A stretch of 64,000 nt of DNA from Terriglobia bacterium (lineage in GTDB: Bacteria > Acidobacteriota > Terriglobia > Bryobacterales > UBA6623), in NCBI GenBank assembly GCA_009838515.1, contig VXRL01000002.1, positions 83,248 to 147,247 of the forward strand. The letters are read 5' to 3'. This document shows, one piece after another, positions 35,789 through 45,304 of this stretch (the stretch's first letter is position 1; each line of letters starts with the position of its first letter). The notes under the pieces were generated by a model. The model did not search any database. It was not told the DNA's origin and was given only the letters and a program-made list of their open reading frames with translations. A program made the translations under genes and the position numbers.

Positions 35789-38245
35789 ATGGTGCAGGCA
35801 TGGCCAACCACTAGGCCGGCGAGTTCCCCCGATAGGGGGCCAACTGCCCTGCGGAAGCCCGCGATGATGGCTCTCTTGCGATTCGGAGCGCTGTTTCTCG
35901 TGGGCTCCGTGCTGTCTTCAGGCGCGAGCCGCGAACGAGTGGAACAGGCGCTCGACAACGATATCCGGCCGCTGCTTGCCACATATTGCATCCGTTGCCA
36001 CGGCCCCGAGGTGCAGACCGTCGGGATCGACTTCAGCGTTTTTGACGATCACGGCTCGGTCCTTCGCTCCCGCCCACTGTGGCTGCGTGCGCTGCGCGTG
36101 CTGCGCGAGAACGAAATGCCTCCGGCCGGGGCGCAGCCGACCACTGAGGAGCGCCGGCGGATGGTAGCGTGGATCGACGATGCCGTCAACAATCTCGATT
36201 GGAGCGAGCACCGCCAGCCGGGGTCGGTCACGATCCCCCGCCTCAATCAGGACGAGTACAACAACACGATCCGCGACCTGACCGGGCTTGACCTGCGCCC
36301 GGCAGACGCATTCCCCGCGGACGGGCACGGGGAGAGCGGGTTCCGCAACGACCGCGACGGGCTGTTCGTCGCCCCGGTCTTGGCCGAGAAGTACCTGCAG
36401 GCTGCGGGCCTGGTCGTGGAGGAGTTGATCGCTGCCAAGGCCGCAAAGGATCCGCTCGGCGTCCGTCTGGAAATCGAGGATTTTTTCCGCACCGAGACGA
36501 ATCACGAATTCACCCCCTACGGCCTCGACCTGCGCAATTACCAGCAGACCGTCTACCGCTACGTCACATTTCCCCGGTTTGGCCGCTACCGCTTCCGCAT
36601 CCGGGCGTGGGGCGAGTCACCCGTCGCGGGCCAGCTGCCCGGTGTCACGCTCCGCGTCGGAGGGCGCATGGTTGGTCAGTCGCATGTCGCCGCTGACCCG
36701 CAATCTCCCGCCGTCTACGAATTCGAAGCGAACATCCCGCGCGGCAGCCACCGCGTCTCACTGCACTGGTTCAAATCCCCGACTGCCCTGACGAACGAGC
36801 ACAACCGCCGCTTGGCAGAAGAGCACCAGCGGGCGCGGCAGCTTGCCGAGGCCGAGGGCAACAAACCACCGGCAGCCATCGTGCTCTTGTCCTTGGACTG
36901 GGTCGAGGTCAAAGAAGTGCTGGAGGCGGGACAGGACGGCTCGCTGGTCTGGATCGCCGCGCCCGGCGACGGCCTTGACGATCGAGAGGCGGCCCGCCGC
37001 ATCTTGGCGAACTTCGCGGAGCGCGCGTATCGACGTCCGGTCGGCCCGGGCGAGGTTGACGCACTGCTGGCGTTCTATGACCGCGCCGCCGCGCGGGGAG
37101 AATCATTCGAGCGGTCCGTAGGATTGGCCTTGCGCACCGCGCTGGTCTCGCCGAAGTTCCTGTTCCGGCCCGAGAGTGGCGGCGCTGCGTCCAACGATTA
37201 CCGGCTGAACGATTTCGAGCTTGCCTCGCGCCTCTCCTACTTCCTCTGGATGTCGATGCCCGACGCGGAACTGACGGATCTGGCCCGAGCGGGGTCTTTG
37301 GGCGATCAGCGAACCCTAGCACAGCAGGTCTCGCGCATGATCGCCGATCCCAAGTCCGAGGCCTTCATCGCGGCCTTTTTCGGACAGTGGCTGGGCTTCG
37401 CCGATCTCGGCGGCACGCTCAAACCCGACGACGTCGCTTTTCCCGAGTTCACGCCGGCGTTGGGCGAAGCCATGGTGCAGGAAGCTACGAGCTTTTTCGG
37501 CCGGATCGTGCGCGAGGATCGCAGTCTGCTGGAGATCCTGGATTCCAGCTACAGCTATCTCAACGAGGATCTCGCCAAGCACTACGGATTGGAGGGAGTG
37601 GTCGGCCGCGAACAGCGATTGGTCGAGTTCGAGGACGCTCGCAGGGGCGGCGTGCTCGGCATGGGGGCGATCCTAACGGCGACCTCTCTGCCCACGCGGA
37701 CTAGCCCGGTCGTGCGCGGGAAATGGGTTCTCGAAACCATGCTTGGCGAGGAATTGCCTCCGCCTCCGCCCGACGCGGGTGAACTGGCCGAGCCCGGCGA
37801 AAGCTCCGAAGGCATGACCATGCGGCAGATGTACGAAATGCACCGCGACGAGCAGCGCTGTGCCGTCTGCCACGACGAGATCGATCCGATCGGCTTCGGA
37901 CTGGAGAACTTCGACGCCATCGGGCGCTGGCGCGACACCGATAGCGGGCAGCCGATCGATTCCACCGGGACACTGCCGAGCGGCGAGAGCTTCGCAGGCC
38001 CGGTGGAATTGAAGCAAATCCTGCTGGAGCGGAGCGAAGAATTCGCTGAGATGATCAGTGAGCAGATACTGGGTTTCGCTTTGGGCCGAAATCTGGAATA
38101 CTATGACCAGCCGGCCGTCGAGGAGATCAGCCGCGCTGTGATCCGCAGCGACTACAGCGCGCAAGCGCTGATCGCCGAGATCGTTGCTAGCTATCCGTTC
38201 CGCTTCCGGCGGGGCGCAGCGGACAGCCGCGAGGAGAGCGAGTGA
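35789..38245 (+). CDS. DUF1587/DUF1592/DUF1595/DUF1588/DUF1585-type multidomain protein with cytochrome-c-like CxxCH
   Basis: 818 aa. It has an N-terminal CIRCHGPE and a second CAVCHDEIDP near the C-terminus. GGGGAGG lies upstream of the start. It forms the canonical pair with the following DUF1552 gene. Confidence 0.75.
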   Translation: MVQAWPTTRPASSPDRGPTALRKPAMMALLRFGALFLVGSVLSSGASRERVEQALDNDIRPLLATYCIRCHGPEVQTVGIDFSVFDDHGSVLRSRPLWLRALRVLRENEMPPAGAQPTTEERRRMVAWIDDAVNNLDWSEHRQPGSVTIPRLNQDEYNNTIRDLTGLDLRPADAFPADGHGESGFRNDRDGLFVAPVLAEKYLQAAGLVVEELIAAKAAKDPLGVRLEIEDFFRTETNHEFTPYGLDLRNYQQTVYRYVTFPRFGRYRFRIRAWGESPVAGQLPGVTLRVGGRMVGQSHVAADPQSPAVYEFEANIPRGSHRVSLHWFKSPTALTNEHNRRLAEEHQRARQLAEAEGNKPPAAIVLLSLDWVEVKEVLEAGQDGSLVWIAAPGDGLDDREAARRILANFAERAYRRPVGPGEVDALLAFYDRAAARGESFERSVGLALRTALVSPKFLFRPESGGAASNDYRLNDFELASRLSYFLWMSMPDAELTDLARAGSLGDQRTLAQQVSRMIADPKSEAFIAAFFGQWLGFADLGGTLKPDDVAFPEFTPALGEAMVQEATSFFGRIVREDRSLLEILDSSYSYLNEDLAKHYGLEGVVGREQRLVEFEDARRGGVLGMGAILTATSLPTRTSPVVRGKWVLETMLGEELPPPPPDAGELAEPGESSEGMTMRQMYEMHRDEQRCAVCHDEIDPIGFGLENFDAIGRWRDTDSGQPIDSTGTLPSGESFAGPVELKQILLERSEEFAEMISEQILGFALGRNLEYYDQPAVEEISRAVIRSDYSAQALIAEIVASYPFRFRRGAADSREESE

Positions 38246-39576
38246 TGGCACGCAACAGAATTTCCCGGCGCGCGGTACTGCGCGGCGCAGGCGTGACGAT
38301 GACGCTTCCGTTTCTCGAAGTGATGGAACGGTCGCTGGGGGCGGCGCGCGTCGCTACCGGGAGTGCCCCGGTGCGATTGGCGACGCTGTTCCACCCCAAC
38401 GGCGTGTACCCGCAGAACTGGGATCCGGACGGGGTCGGGCGCGAATACAAGCTGTCCCGTATCCTCGAGCCGCTGGCTCCGGTTCGGGACCACGTCAGCG
38501 TGATCTCCAACCTCGGCACTGGGGCGCAGGGCCACGTTGGCGCCACGTCCGCGTTCCTGACCGGCACTCCGCTGCACAAGAAGGCGGCAGGCCGGATCAA
38601 CACGCCCAACATGGGCACCTCGCTTGACCAGTTCGTCGCCGAGCGAATCGGCGGCAGAACCGGCATGCCTTCGCTAGAAATCGGGGCGGAACCGCCGCGT
38701 TCGGGCGGAGAGAACGGACTGGCGATCTCGTACGCCAACACCGTTTCGTGGCGCTCCGACAACACCAAGGTCGATCCCGAGATCGAGCCGCAGGCGGTCT
38801 TTGACCGGCTGTTTGGGGTCAGCAAGAAGACACGTCGGCAACTCGCCGACGAGGCCAGCATCATCGACCACGTGCTTGACGATGCCAAGGTCCTGCGCGC
38901 CCGCGGCAGTACCGCCGACCGGCGCAAGCTGGACGAGTTCCTCACTTCGGTGCGCGACGTGGAGGGTCGCATCGAGCGCAATCTGAACCCGGCCGACACC
39001 GAGGCCGAATGGAAGCCCGTGATCGAGCCCGAGCTGTTCAGGCCCGAGGCCGGTATCCCGCAGACCCGCGACGAGCATCTGCGGCAGATGCTGGATCTGA
39101 TGGTACTGGCGTTCCAGACCGACACCACGCGGGTGGCGACCTTCATGATGGCGCACGGCTTCAGCCGCCAGAACTTCACATTCTTAGATGGCGTCAGCGG
39201 AGACCACCACTCGATCTCGCACCACAAGGAAAATCCCGAGCTGACCGAGCCCTACACCATCGTCAGCCGCTGGTACGTCTCGCAACTCGTCTACTTGGTC
39301 GAGAAGATGGGCGCCATCGACGAGGGCGAGGGTCGCACGCTGTTGGACAACACGATGATCCTTTATGGTTCGGCGCTGAAGAACGGGAACGGCCACACAA
39401 CGCAGAACCTGCCCGTCCTGCTAGCTGGGCGCGGTGGCGGCAGGCTCAATCCCGGGCGCAGGATCGTGCTGCCGGATGAGACGCCGATCACGAATCTCCA
39501 TTTGACGCTGGCGCAGCACATGGGGGTCGAGGCCGACAGCTTCAATACGAGTACCGGCACAATCACTGACCTGTAA
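38242..39576 (+). CDS. DUF1552-family protein with twin-arginine signal
   Basis: The N-terminus is MARNRISRRAVLRGAGVTMTLPFL. Its start overlaps the upstream stop by 4 nt. The 444-aa length is typical for the family. Confidence 0.75.
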   Translation: MMARNRISRRAVLRGAGVTMTLPFLEVMERSLGAARVATGSAPVRLATLFHPNGVYPQNWDPDGVGREYKLSRILEPLAPVRDHVSVISNLGTGAQGHVGATSAFLTGTPLHKKAAGRINTPNMGTSLDQFVAERIGGRTGMPSLEIGAEPPRSGGENGLAISYANTVSWRSDNTKVDPEIEPQAVFDRLFGVSKKTRRQLADEASIIDHVLDDAKVLRARGSTADRRKLDEFLTSVRDVEGRIERNLNPADTEAEWKPVIEPELFRPEAGIPQTRDEHLRQMLDLMVLAFQTDTTRVATFMMAHGFSRQNFTFLDGVSGDHHSISHHKENPELTEPYTIVSRWYVSQLVYLVEKMGAIDEGEGRTLLDNTMILYGSALKNGNGHTTQNLPVLLAGRGGGRLNPGRRIVLPDETPITNLHLTLAQHMGVEADSFNTSTGTITDL

Positions 39577-39644
39577 CGCCGCGGCCGCGACGGGGGCGCT
39601 CTTGCGGCATACCTAGGGGGTGGCTGTTCCCGCCCCGCCGTTGA

Positions 39645-40601
39645 TCACTCGCCGAGAAATGCTTCCAGCTTGGTCTTTGCGTCGCTGAAATAGTCCGGCA
39701 AGTCCTCCACTGGGCCGCCAATTTCGAACACGAGCAGGCCCTCGTATTCGATCTGTCGGAGTTTCGCAATGAGCCGCGGGTAGTCAACGAAGCCGTGGAC
39801 TAGCGGCTTGTGCTCGGCCCACGTATCTGGCTCGATATCGTGGACGTGCATATGGAAGATCTTGGGCCCCAGCACGTCGATGATCTCGAGCGTGACATCG
39901 TTGTAGGCCTTGATCCCAGCGGGCGTGCCTTTCTCGTCCGGAGGCACGCGGGCAAGCAGTTCGGCGAAGTTCTTCTGATGGCCCACGTCGACGGTCGCGC
40001 CGACGTGTTCGTGATCGACTTCGCGAACCAGCCTCGTGAAGTCGGCCACGGATTCGGGATAGCCGGTCTCGATCGCCAGTCGGAACCCGAAGTCGCGCGC
40101 CATGTCCCCCCAGCGGCGAAAGTTGCTGAGCATCATCGGCCAGGCGTCTTGCAGGGACAGGTGCGCGGAGCGCTGCACGTGGATGTTGGCCAGTTCGGCG
40201 CCGACGAAGGCCGTGGCTTCGAGAGCGACGTCAATTCGCTCGACTCCGAACGCATGGGAGGGCCCGAACGGCGAGAAGTAGGGCGTGTCGACCCATGGCA
40301 GGTGCGTCGAGACGTAGCGGAACGGCTCCAGTGCCGCTTTGAGCCGAGCTCGGCCCTCGGCTCCCAAGTCTCTGAATTCAAAGCCGGGAGGTACGCCCGG
40401 GCGAGCAGCCACCGGGCCCATCGGGTGCAGCTCGATGGTCTGGAAGCCGAGATCGCGCAGGATCCCGATTGACCGAAACAGTCCGTATCCCGGGAAATAG
40501 GGGTTTGCTCCGATGATGGCGGGATCGAGGCCGCGCTTCTGCGCTTGGGCCTTGAGTGCTGCTGCGCCAAGTGAGATCTGTAAGAAACGACGGCGATGCA
40601 T
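39645..40601 (-). CDS. xylose-isomerase-like TIM-barrel protein (sugar phosphate isomerase/epimerase family) with twin-arginine signal
   Basis: It starts MHRRRFLQISLGAAALKAQA. The TIM-barrel body reads ...FRLAIETGYPES...HMHVHD. The track ORF is artificially extended to 41219. Confidence 0.8.
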   Translation of the reverse strand: MHRRRFLQISLGAAALKAQAQKRGLDPAIIGANPYFPGYGLFRSIGILRDLGFQTIELHPMGPVAARPGVPPGFEFRDLGAEGRARLKAALEPFRYVSTHLPWVDTPYFSPFGPSHAFGVERIDVALEATAFVGAELANIHVQRSAHLSLQDAWPMMLSNFRRWGDMARDFGFRLAIETGYPESVADFTRLVREVDHEHVGATVDVGHQKNFAELLARVPPDEKGTPAGIKAYNDVTLEIIDVLGPKIFHMHVHDIEPDTWAEHKPLVHGFVDYPRLIAKLRQIEYEGLLVFEIGGPVEDLPDYFSDAKTKLEAFLGE

Positions 40602-41040
40602 GGAGTCTTCTCGTTTCGAGTGCGTGACGACGGTATCGGCTACCGTAGCACGGCGCGACATTCCAGCCTTAATTGCCAAGGGATTCCGGAGCACAATAGT
40701 CCTTGAGGACTGCCCTTCCAAGAGGAAAACACTCCAAGGAAAGTCGACGTTCTTGCGCAGGATTCTTGAGTCGTCACGTAGGGAGGCAAGGTCCCTCCGT
40801 CGTGCGTCCATCTCCAGCGGAGCGCCTGCGCAATCCGGTTGGCTGCCGCACTGGTCGCGGCAAGGATCCAACAGCGTGTGAGTTTGTCTGTTGCGACACC
40901 CGGCCTTGATTCCGCTGGCAATGCCCTCGAGAGAGCGGTGCACCTTGAGTGGAGTTCCGGCGCAACGTTCTGGATGGGGGATTCCGGTCCGCGGGTGCCG
41001 GAAGGCGGTTCGGCGCAAGCGAACGGCATTGCGCCCAAGC

Positions 41041-42168
41041 CTAGCTGGTGCCGGAGGCGACACCTCTAAGCGTGTAACTGGTGCTTCGCCCGCCCGCTGT
41101 GCTTCGTACGAGGATCCCGAGTTCAAGAAGCTCGGTGATGTCGCGAAGTGCTGAATCATCCGAGGTCTTGCAGATCTTGGCCCATTTCGACGTCGTGAGC
41201 TTCCCTTGAAAGCCGTCAAGCAGCCGATTCAGCATCTCGCGCTGGCGTGAATTGAGGGACACTTCACGCACCGAATCCCAGAAGCGGGCCTTCGCCAGAA
41301 CGGCCCCAAGTGTTTCTTGAGCTCCTTCGATCGCCCTGTCAAGACACTTCAGAAACCACTGCATCCAAATCGTCACGTCTAACGAGCCCTTCTGGGTCCG
41401 CTCCAGAACGTTGTAATAGTCCGCGCGTTCCTGCAGGATCTGGCCTGACATGCTGTAGAACCGCTGTGAAGTCCGCTCGGACCGAGCTAGCAGCATGTCG
41501 GCGACGGCCCGAGCGACCCGCCCGTTTCCGTCATCCAGCGGGTGAACCGTTACAAACCAAAGGTGGGACAGCGCGGCCTTCAGCAGCTCGTCGGTTCTTG
41601 ACGGAGCGTTAAACCAGTCCAGGAACTGCCGCATCTCAGATTCGATCCGCTCCGCCTTCGGCGCTTCGAAGTGAACCCGTTCGCGGCCGATCGGGCCCGA
41701 GACGACCTGCATCGGTCTGCTAACGTCGTCCCGCCACGCACCGACCCGTATGCGCTTCATGCCGCTACGACTCGTTGGAAAAAGCGCGGCCTGCCACGAA
41801 AATATCCTTTCCGACGTGAGCGCCTGATCGTAGTTCCCGGTCGCGTCGATCATCATCTCGACTACGCCCTCAACCTGAAGGTCGGGCTCTCTCAGGCCCG
41901 CGATCTCAATTCCAAGGCGTCGCGCAATCGACGAACGGACTGGTTCCTCGTCGAGTCGCTCGCCTTCGATTTCGCTTGTCTTCACGACATCCTGTGTGAG
42001 AGTGCGCACAATCGCCTCCTGCCTGAGGTCGAAGCCGAGCGACTCCATCTGGCCCATTAGGTGCCCCTGTTTGTGCCGAACCTCAGACAAGATCTGGAGG
42101 ATAGCCTCATTTCGCCAGCTGAAACGAGGCCAATCCGGCTGTTCGTGAATGTAGCTGAACGAGGCCAA
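41041..42168 (-). CDS. Fic-family protein (DUF4172 N-terminus, Fic core, C-terminal wHTH)
   Basis: The Fic motif is HPLDDGNGRVARAVAD, a variant of HxFx(D/E)GNGRxxR. An N-terminal inhibitory-helix-like TSEIEG is present. The start is a TTG at 42168 with AGGAG 8 nt upstream. G+C is visibly lower than in neighbouring genes. Confidence 0.85.
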   Translation of the reverse strand: MASFSYIHEQPDWPRFSWRNEAILQILSEVRHKQGHLMGQMESLGFDLRQEAIVRTLTQDVVKTSEIEGERLDEEPVRSSIARRLGIEIAGLREPDLQVEGVVEMMIDATGNYDQALTSERIFSWQAALFPTSRSGMKRIRVGAWRDDVSRPMQVVSGPIGRERVHFEAPKAERIESEMRQFLDWFNAPSRTDELLKAALSHLWFVTVHPLDDGNGRVARAVADMLLARSERTSQRFYSMSGQILQERADYYNVLERTQKGSLDVTIWMQWFLKCLDRAIEGAQETLGAVLAKARFWDSVREVSLNSRQREMLNRLLDGFQGKLTTSKWAKICKTSDDSALRDITELLELGILVRSTAGGRSTSYTLRGVASGTS

Positions 42169-42186
42169 TGCCGGGCTCCTGCGGAG

Positions 42187-42195
42187 ATTATCGCA
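42187..42195 (-). promoter_or_regulatory. extended -10 element (TGCGATAAT) upstream of the Fic gene
   Basis: The minus strand reads TGCGATAAT, followed by a short leader that contains the AGGAG Shine-Dalgarno sequence. Confidence 0.35.
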
Positions 42196-42712
42196 CTTAT
42201 TTACCGCAGATTATGCGGCCAATAGAATCTATTCGCAGTGCCCGAGTCGCAACGATCCAGTTCATCGCTTTGGGCTTGCGCTGGCTGGCCCACGGTAGAA
42301 AACTACTCCAGCCATGCGGGGCATCGAGTGGCACCGGCGAGGCTCCTGGGCCGGTCCGCGCGCGTGGAGCCAGCAGCCACGTCGAACGTTCTTCAGCTCT
42401 GGCCGAACTTGTCGCCCCAGTGTGCCAGGGTCGCGCCCTCGGCAATGTCGGCTGTGCCTGCCTCCCCACCCGAGCCCCCTGGGCCACGAGGTCCGCCCGT
42501 GCATCCTGTTGATCGGCGGCGTCGCGTCGCCGCCACCAACCTTGCTTGCAACGAGCCCGCCTTGCTGCTCGCCGCCGAACTTGCCAGAAATCGACGGCTG
42601 AATCCGTAGCTCAGCAACAGGCCCGTGAATCTCGTGAGCAATGTCGACGAATCGGAAATCGATAAAGACACAAGTGCGTGGTTGGAGCTTCAGGAATACG
42701 CTCCGGCGGATT

Positions 42713-43219
42713 TCAGCGCTGGTTTCCGACGACCTCTACCGCAATGGCACCGGCAGTGTGGAGAGACTCTTGGATTCCTGCCGTGTCTCGTGCTCCCGCA
42801 ACTTGCAGCACCACGCCTTGGTCCGGCAGGACCGGCACGGGAACGCGCTCGCGCCTGCGGATCAGTCCAGACTCCCAGAGCAGGGCGGCGAAAATCCCCA
42901 TGACCGCCCCAGCCATGGTTGTCTCGAATGTCACCACGCCGGTGGCCCAGCCCGAGTTGATCGGCATCCCGCCAGTAATCAGCGGGTAGTCGCGCTGCGC
43001 CCAGTAGACTAGCGCGGTGGCTCCGCCGCCCACGGTGATCGCCGAGAGCACGGCAATCAGCGACATCCGGCTGCGCCTGGCCAGCGGAGCCGGCTCCAGT
43101 TCGAGCGGTCGCAACGAGTAGATCTCCATTGCGCTGGCAGGCACTCCCAGCGCGGCAAGGCCGGCGATCGCCGCCGCGGCGTCCTCGCCCCGTGAGAACT
43201 CAGCGTGCACGTACTCCAT
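42713..43219 (-). CDS. DUF3341 / ActD-like membrane subunit of an ACIII-type complex
   Basis: 168 aa from the ATG at 43219. It has YPLITGGMP and TFETTMAGAVMGIFAAL, matching the DUF3341 pattern. It overlaps the end of the NrfD gene by 20 nt. Confidence 0.7.
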   Translation of the reverse strand: MEYVHAEFSRGEDAAAAIAGLAALGVPASAMEIYSLRPLELEPAPLARRSRMSLIAVLSAITVGGGATALVYWAQRDYPLITGGMPINSGWATGVVTFETTMAGAVMGIFAALLWESGLIRRRERVPVPVLPDQGVVLQVAGARDTAGIQESLHTAGAIAVEVVGNQR

Positions 43220-44528
43220 CGTCGTACTCCCAGATGGCGATGATCGGAAACGCCTTGACGAATAGCAGGTACAGCAGCACCATCGCCGCGAACGTCCCCG
43301 CTGTGATCGAGAGTTCGATCCAGCTCGGCGCATAGCTGCCCGAGGCTGCGGCTAGCGGCGGGGTTGATAGCGGCGGGATCACGATCAGGAACCGTTCGAG
43401 CCACATCCCTACGAGCACTGCCGCGCTGCTGACGGCTATGGTCGGGATACTGCGCAACCTCGAGATCCCCAGCAGCACGAGCGGAACGACGAAGTTGCAG
43501 GCCACCATGGTCCAAAAGAGCATGCCGTAAAGGCCGTGTTCCCGGATTTGGAACACACGGATCTCGGAAGGCAGGTTGCCGTACCAAGTGGTGAGGTGCT
43601 CCGAGAACGTGAAGTAGCCCCAGATCAGGCTCATCAACAGCAGCAGCTTGCTCAGGTTCACGAAATGGACTTCGCGAAGGTACCCCTCCAAGCCCATCAG
43701 CTTGCGCAATGCCGCCATCACCAGCACCAGCGCCGCGATGCCGCTGAAGATCGCGCCGACCACGAAATAGGGCGCAAAGATCGTGTTGTGCCAGGTCGGC
43801 ATGACCGACATCGAGAAATCATAGGCGACCACCGAATGCACTGAAACCGCGATCGCCAGGATCACAACAGCCATCAGCTTCATGGACCGCTCCAAGGCCT
43901 GCCATTGCCGGTCCGAGCCTGTCCATCCGAGCGACAGGGCCCGATAGATGCGGCGCTTCGCTCCTTTGTTGTGCCTTGCCAGCTCGGCCAGATCCGGGAT
44001 CAGCGGCAGGTAGAGATAGATGACGCTGCCCGCTAGGTACGTCAGGATCGCGGTCAGGTCCCAGAACAGCGGCGAGCGAAAGTTGGGCCACAGCAGGCGC
44101 TCGTTGGGATAGGGCAGCATCCAGTAGAAGAACCACGGGCGGCTGATGTGGATCAGGGGAAACAAGCCACCGATCATCAGGCAGAAGACGGTAATCGCCT
44201 CGGCGGCGCGGGTGACGGGCTTGCGCCATTCCGCCCCGGTCAATCGCAGGATCGCGGAGATCAGCGTGCCGGCATGCGAAATGCCGATCCAGAAGACGAA
44301 GTTGACGATGTAGAAGCCCCAGTAGACCGGCCGCCGAACACCCGTGCTGCCGAAACCGTTGACGATCTGGTAGCCCCATGCGAACAGAGCCCAGGCCACG
44401 ATCGTGCCGCATGCGGCAACACTTACCAGATACAGCCCGCTGGCGCCGCGCATGCGCCCGAGCAAGTCGTCGCGGACGCTTCCGTGGCTCGAGACCGCAA
44501 TCGGTGTTGTGCTCTGAATTGCGTCCAT
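43200..44528 (-). CDS. NrfD/PsrC-family polytopic quinone-interacting membrane subunit (ActC-like)
   Basis: 442 aa with about 10 TM helices. It has the NrfD-type sequence pattern and lies directly downstream of the FeS subunit. Confidence 0.85.
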   Translation of the reverse strand: MDAIQSTTPIAVSSHGSVRDDLLGRMRGASGLYLVSVAACGTIVAWALFAWGYQIVNGFGSTGVRRPVYWGFYIVNFVFWIGISHAGTLISAILRLTGAEWRKPVTRAAEAITVFCLMIGGLFPLIHISRPWFFYWMLPYPNERLLWPNFRSPLFWDLTAILTYLAGSVIYLYLPLIPDLAELARHNKGAKRRIYRALSLGWTGSDRQWQALERSMKLMAVVILAIAVSVHSVVAYDFSMSVMPTWHNTIFAPYFVVGAIFSGIAALVLVMAALRKLMGLEGYLREVHFVNLSKLLLLMSLIWGYFTFSEHLTTWYGNLPSEIRVFQIREHGLYGMLFWTMVACNFVVPLVLLGISRLRSIPTIAVSSAAVLVGMWLERFLIVIPPLSTPPLAAASGSYAPSWIELSITAGTFAAMVLLYLLFVKAFPIIAIWEYDDGVRAR

Positions 44529-44561
44529 CGCTGCAAATGCGCCGCTAGCAGGGTTGCGGCG

Positions 44562-45290
44562 CTAGTCGGCCTTCTCTAGATAGAACACGCGCGGCTTGGT
44601 GCCGAGACTCTCGAGCAGCTGTCCGGACCGCCCGCTGCCGAGCTGCCTGGCGACCTTGCTGTCAGGATCGGTCATGTCGCCGAACACCATGGCCTCGGCC
44701 GGACAGGACTGCACGCAGGCCGGCTGTACGTCGCCGTCGGCCAGCTCGCGTCCTTGGGCGTCCGCGTCGAGCTTGGCGCGCTTGATCTTGTGGGCGCAGA
44801 ACGTGCATTTCTCCACAACCCCGGACGGTCGGATGGAAACGTCGGGGTTGAGCTGCAGATTCAACGGCTCGGCCCATTCCGGCGCGAACCAATTGAAGAA
44901 GCGAACCGTGTAGGGACAGTTGTTGGCGCAATAGCGCGTGCCGATACAGCGGTTGTAGATCTGGACGTTGAGGCCCTCGGCGTTCTGATAGGTGGCGTTG
45001 ACCGGACAGACCGGCTCGCAGGGGGCCTCGTCGCACTGCTGGCACATCACAGGCCGGTACTTGACCTTAATGTCGGGAAACTCGCCCTCGTAGTAGCGGT
45101 CGATGCGGATCCAGTGCTTCGTGCGGCCCATAGCCGCTTGGTCCTCGCCGGCGGTCGGGACGTTGTTCTCCGAGGCGCACGCCACGACACACGCCTCGCA
45201 GCCGGTGCAGCGGTCCAGGTCGATCGCCATCGCCCACTGGGGCGTCCGCTCCGCCCCTTGCTCGGTTTGCTCAGCGGTTTGCTCGGCCAT
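44562..45290 (-). CDS. 4Fe-4S ferredoxin-type subunit (ActB2 / PsrB-like)
   Basis: It has four Cys clusters: CTGCEACVVAC, CQQCDEAPCEPVCP, CIGTRYCANNCP and CTFC. GGAGGA lies upstream of the ATG at 45290. Confidence 0.9.
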   Translation of the reverse strand: MAEQTAEQTEQGAERTPQWAMAIDLDRCTGCEACVVACASENNVPTAGEDQAAMGRTKHWIRIDRYYEGEFPDIKVKYRPVMCQQCDEAPCEPVCPVNATYQNAEGLNVQIYNRCIGTRYCANNCPYTVRFFNWFAPEWAEPLNLQLNPDVSIRPSGVVEKCTFCAHKIKRAKLDADAQGRELADGDVQPACVQSCPAEAMVFGDMTDPDSKVARQLGSGRSGQLLESLGTKPRVFYLEKAD

Positions 45291-45304
45291 CGAGTTCCTC
45301 CGTT

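Noticed and set aside
42393-42671. 92-aa minus-strand ORF directly downstream of actD, considered as a possible ActE-like cytochrome or small subunit.
   Set aside because: It has no CxxCH and no signal peptide or TM segment. The C-terminal half is Gly/Arg/Pro-rich and low-complexity. Other frames overlap it with equally poor translations. I treat the region as decayed or non-coding until a blastx search says otherwise.
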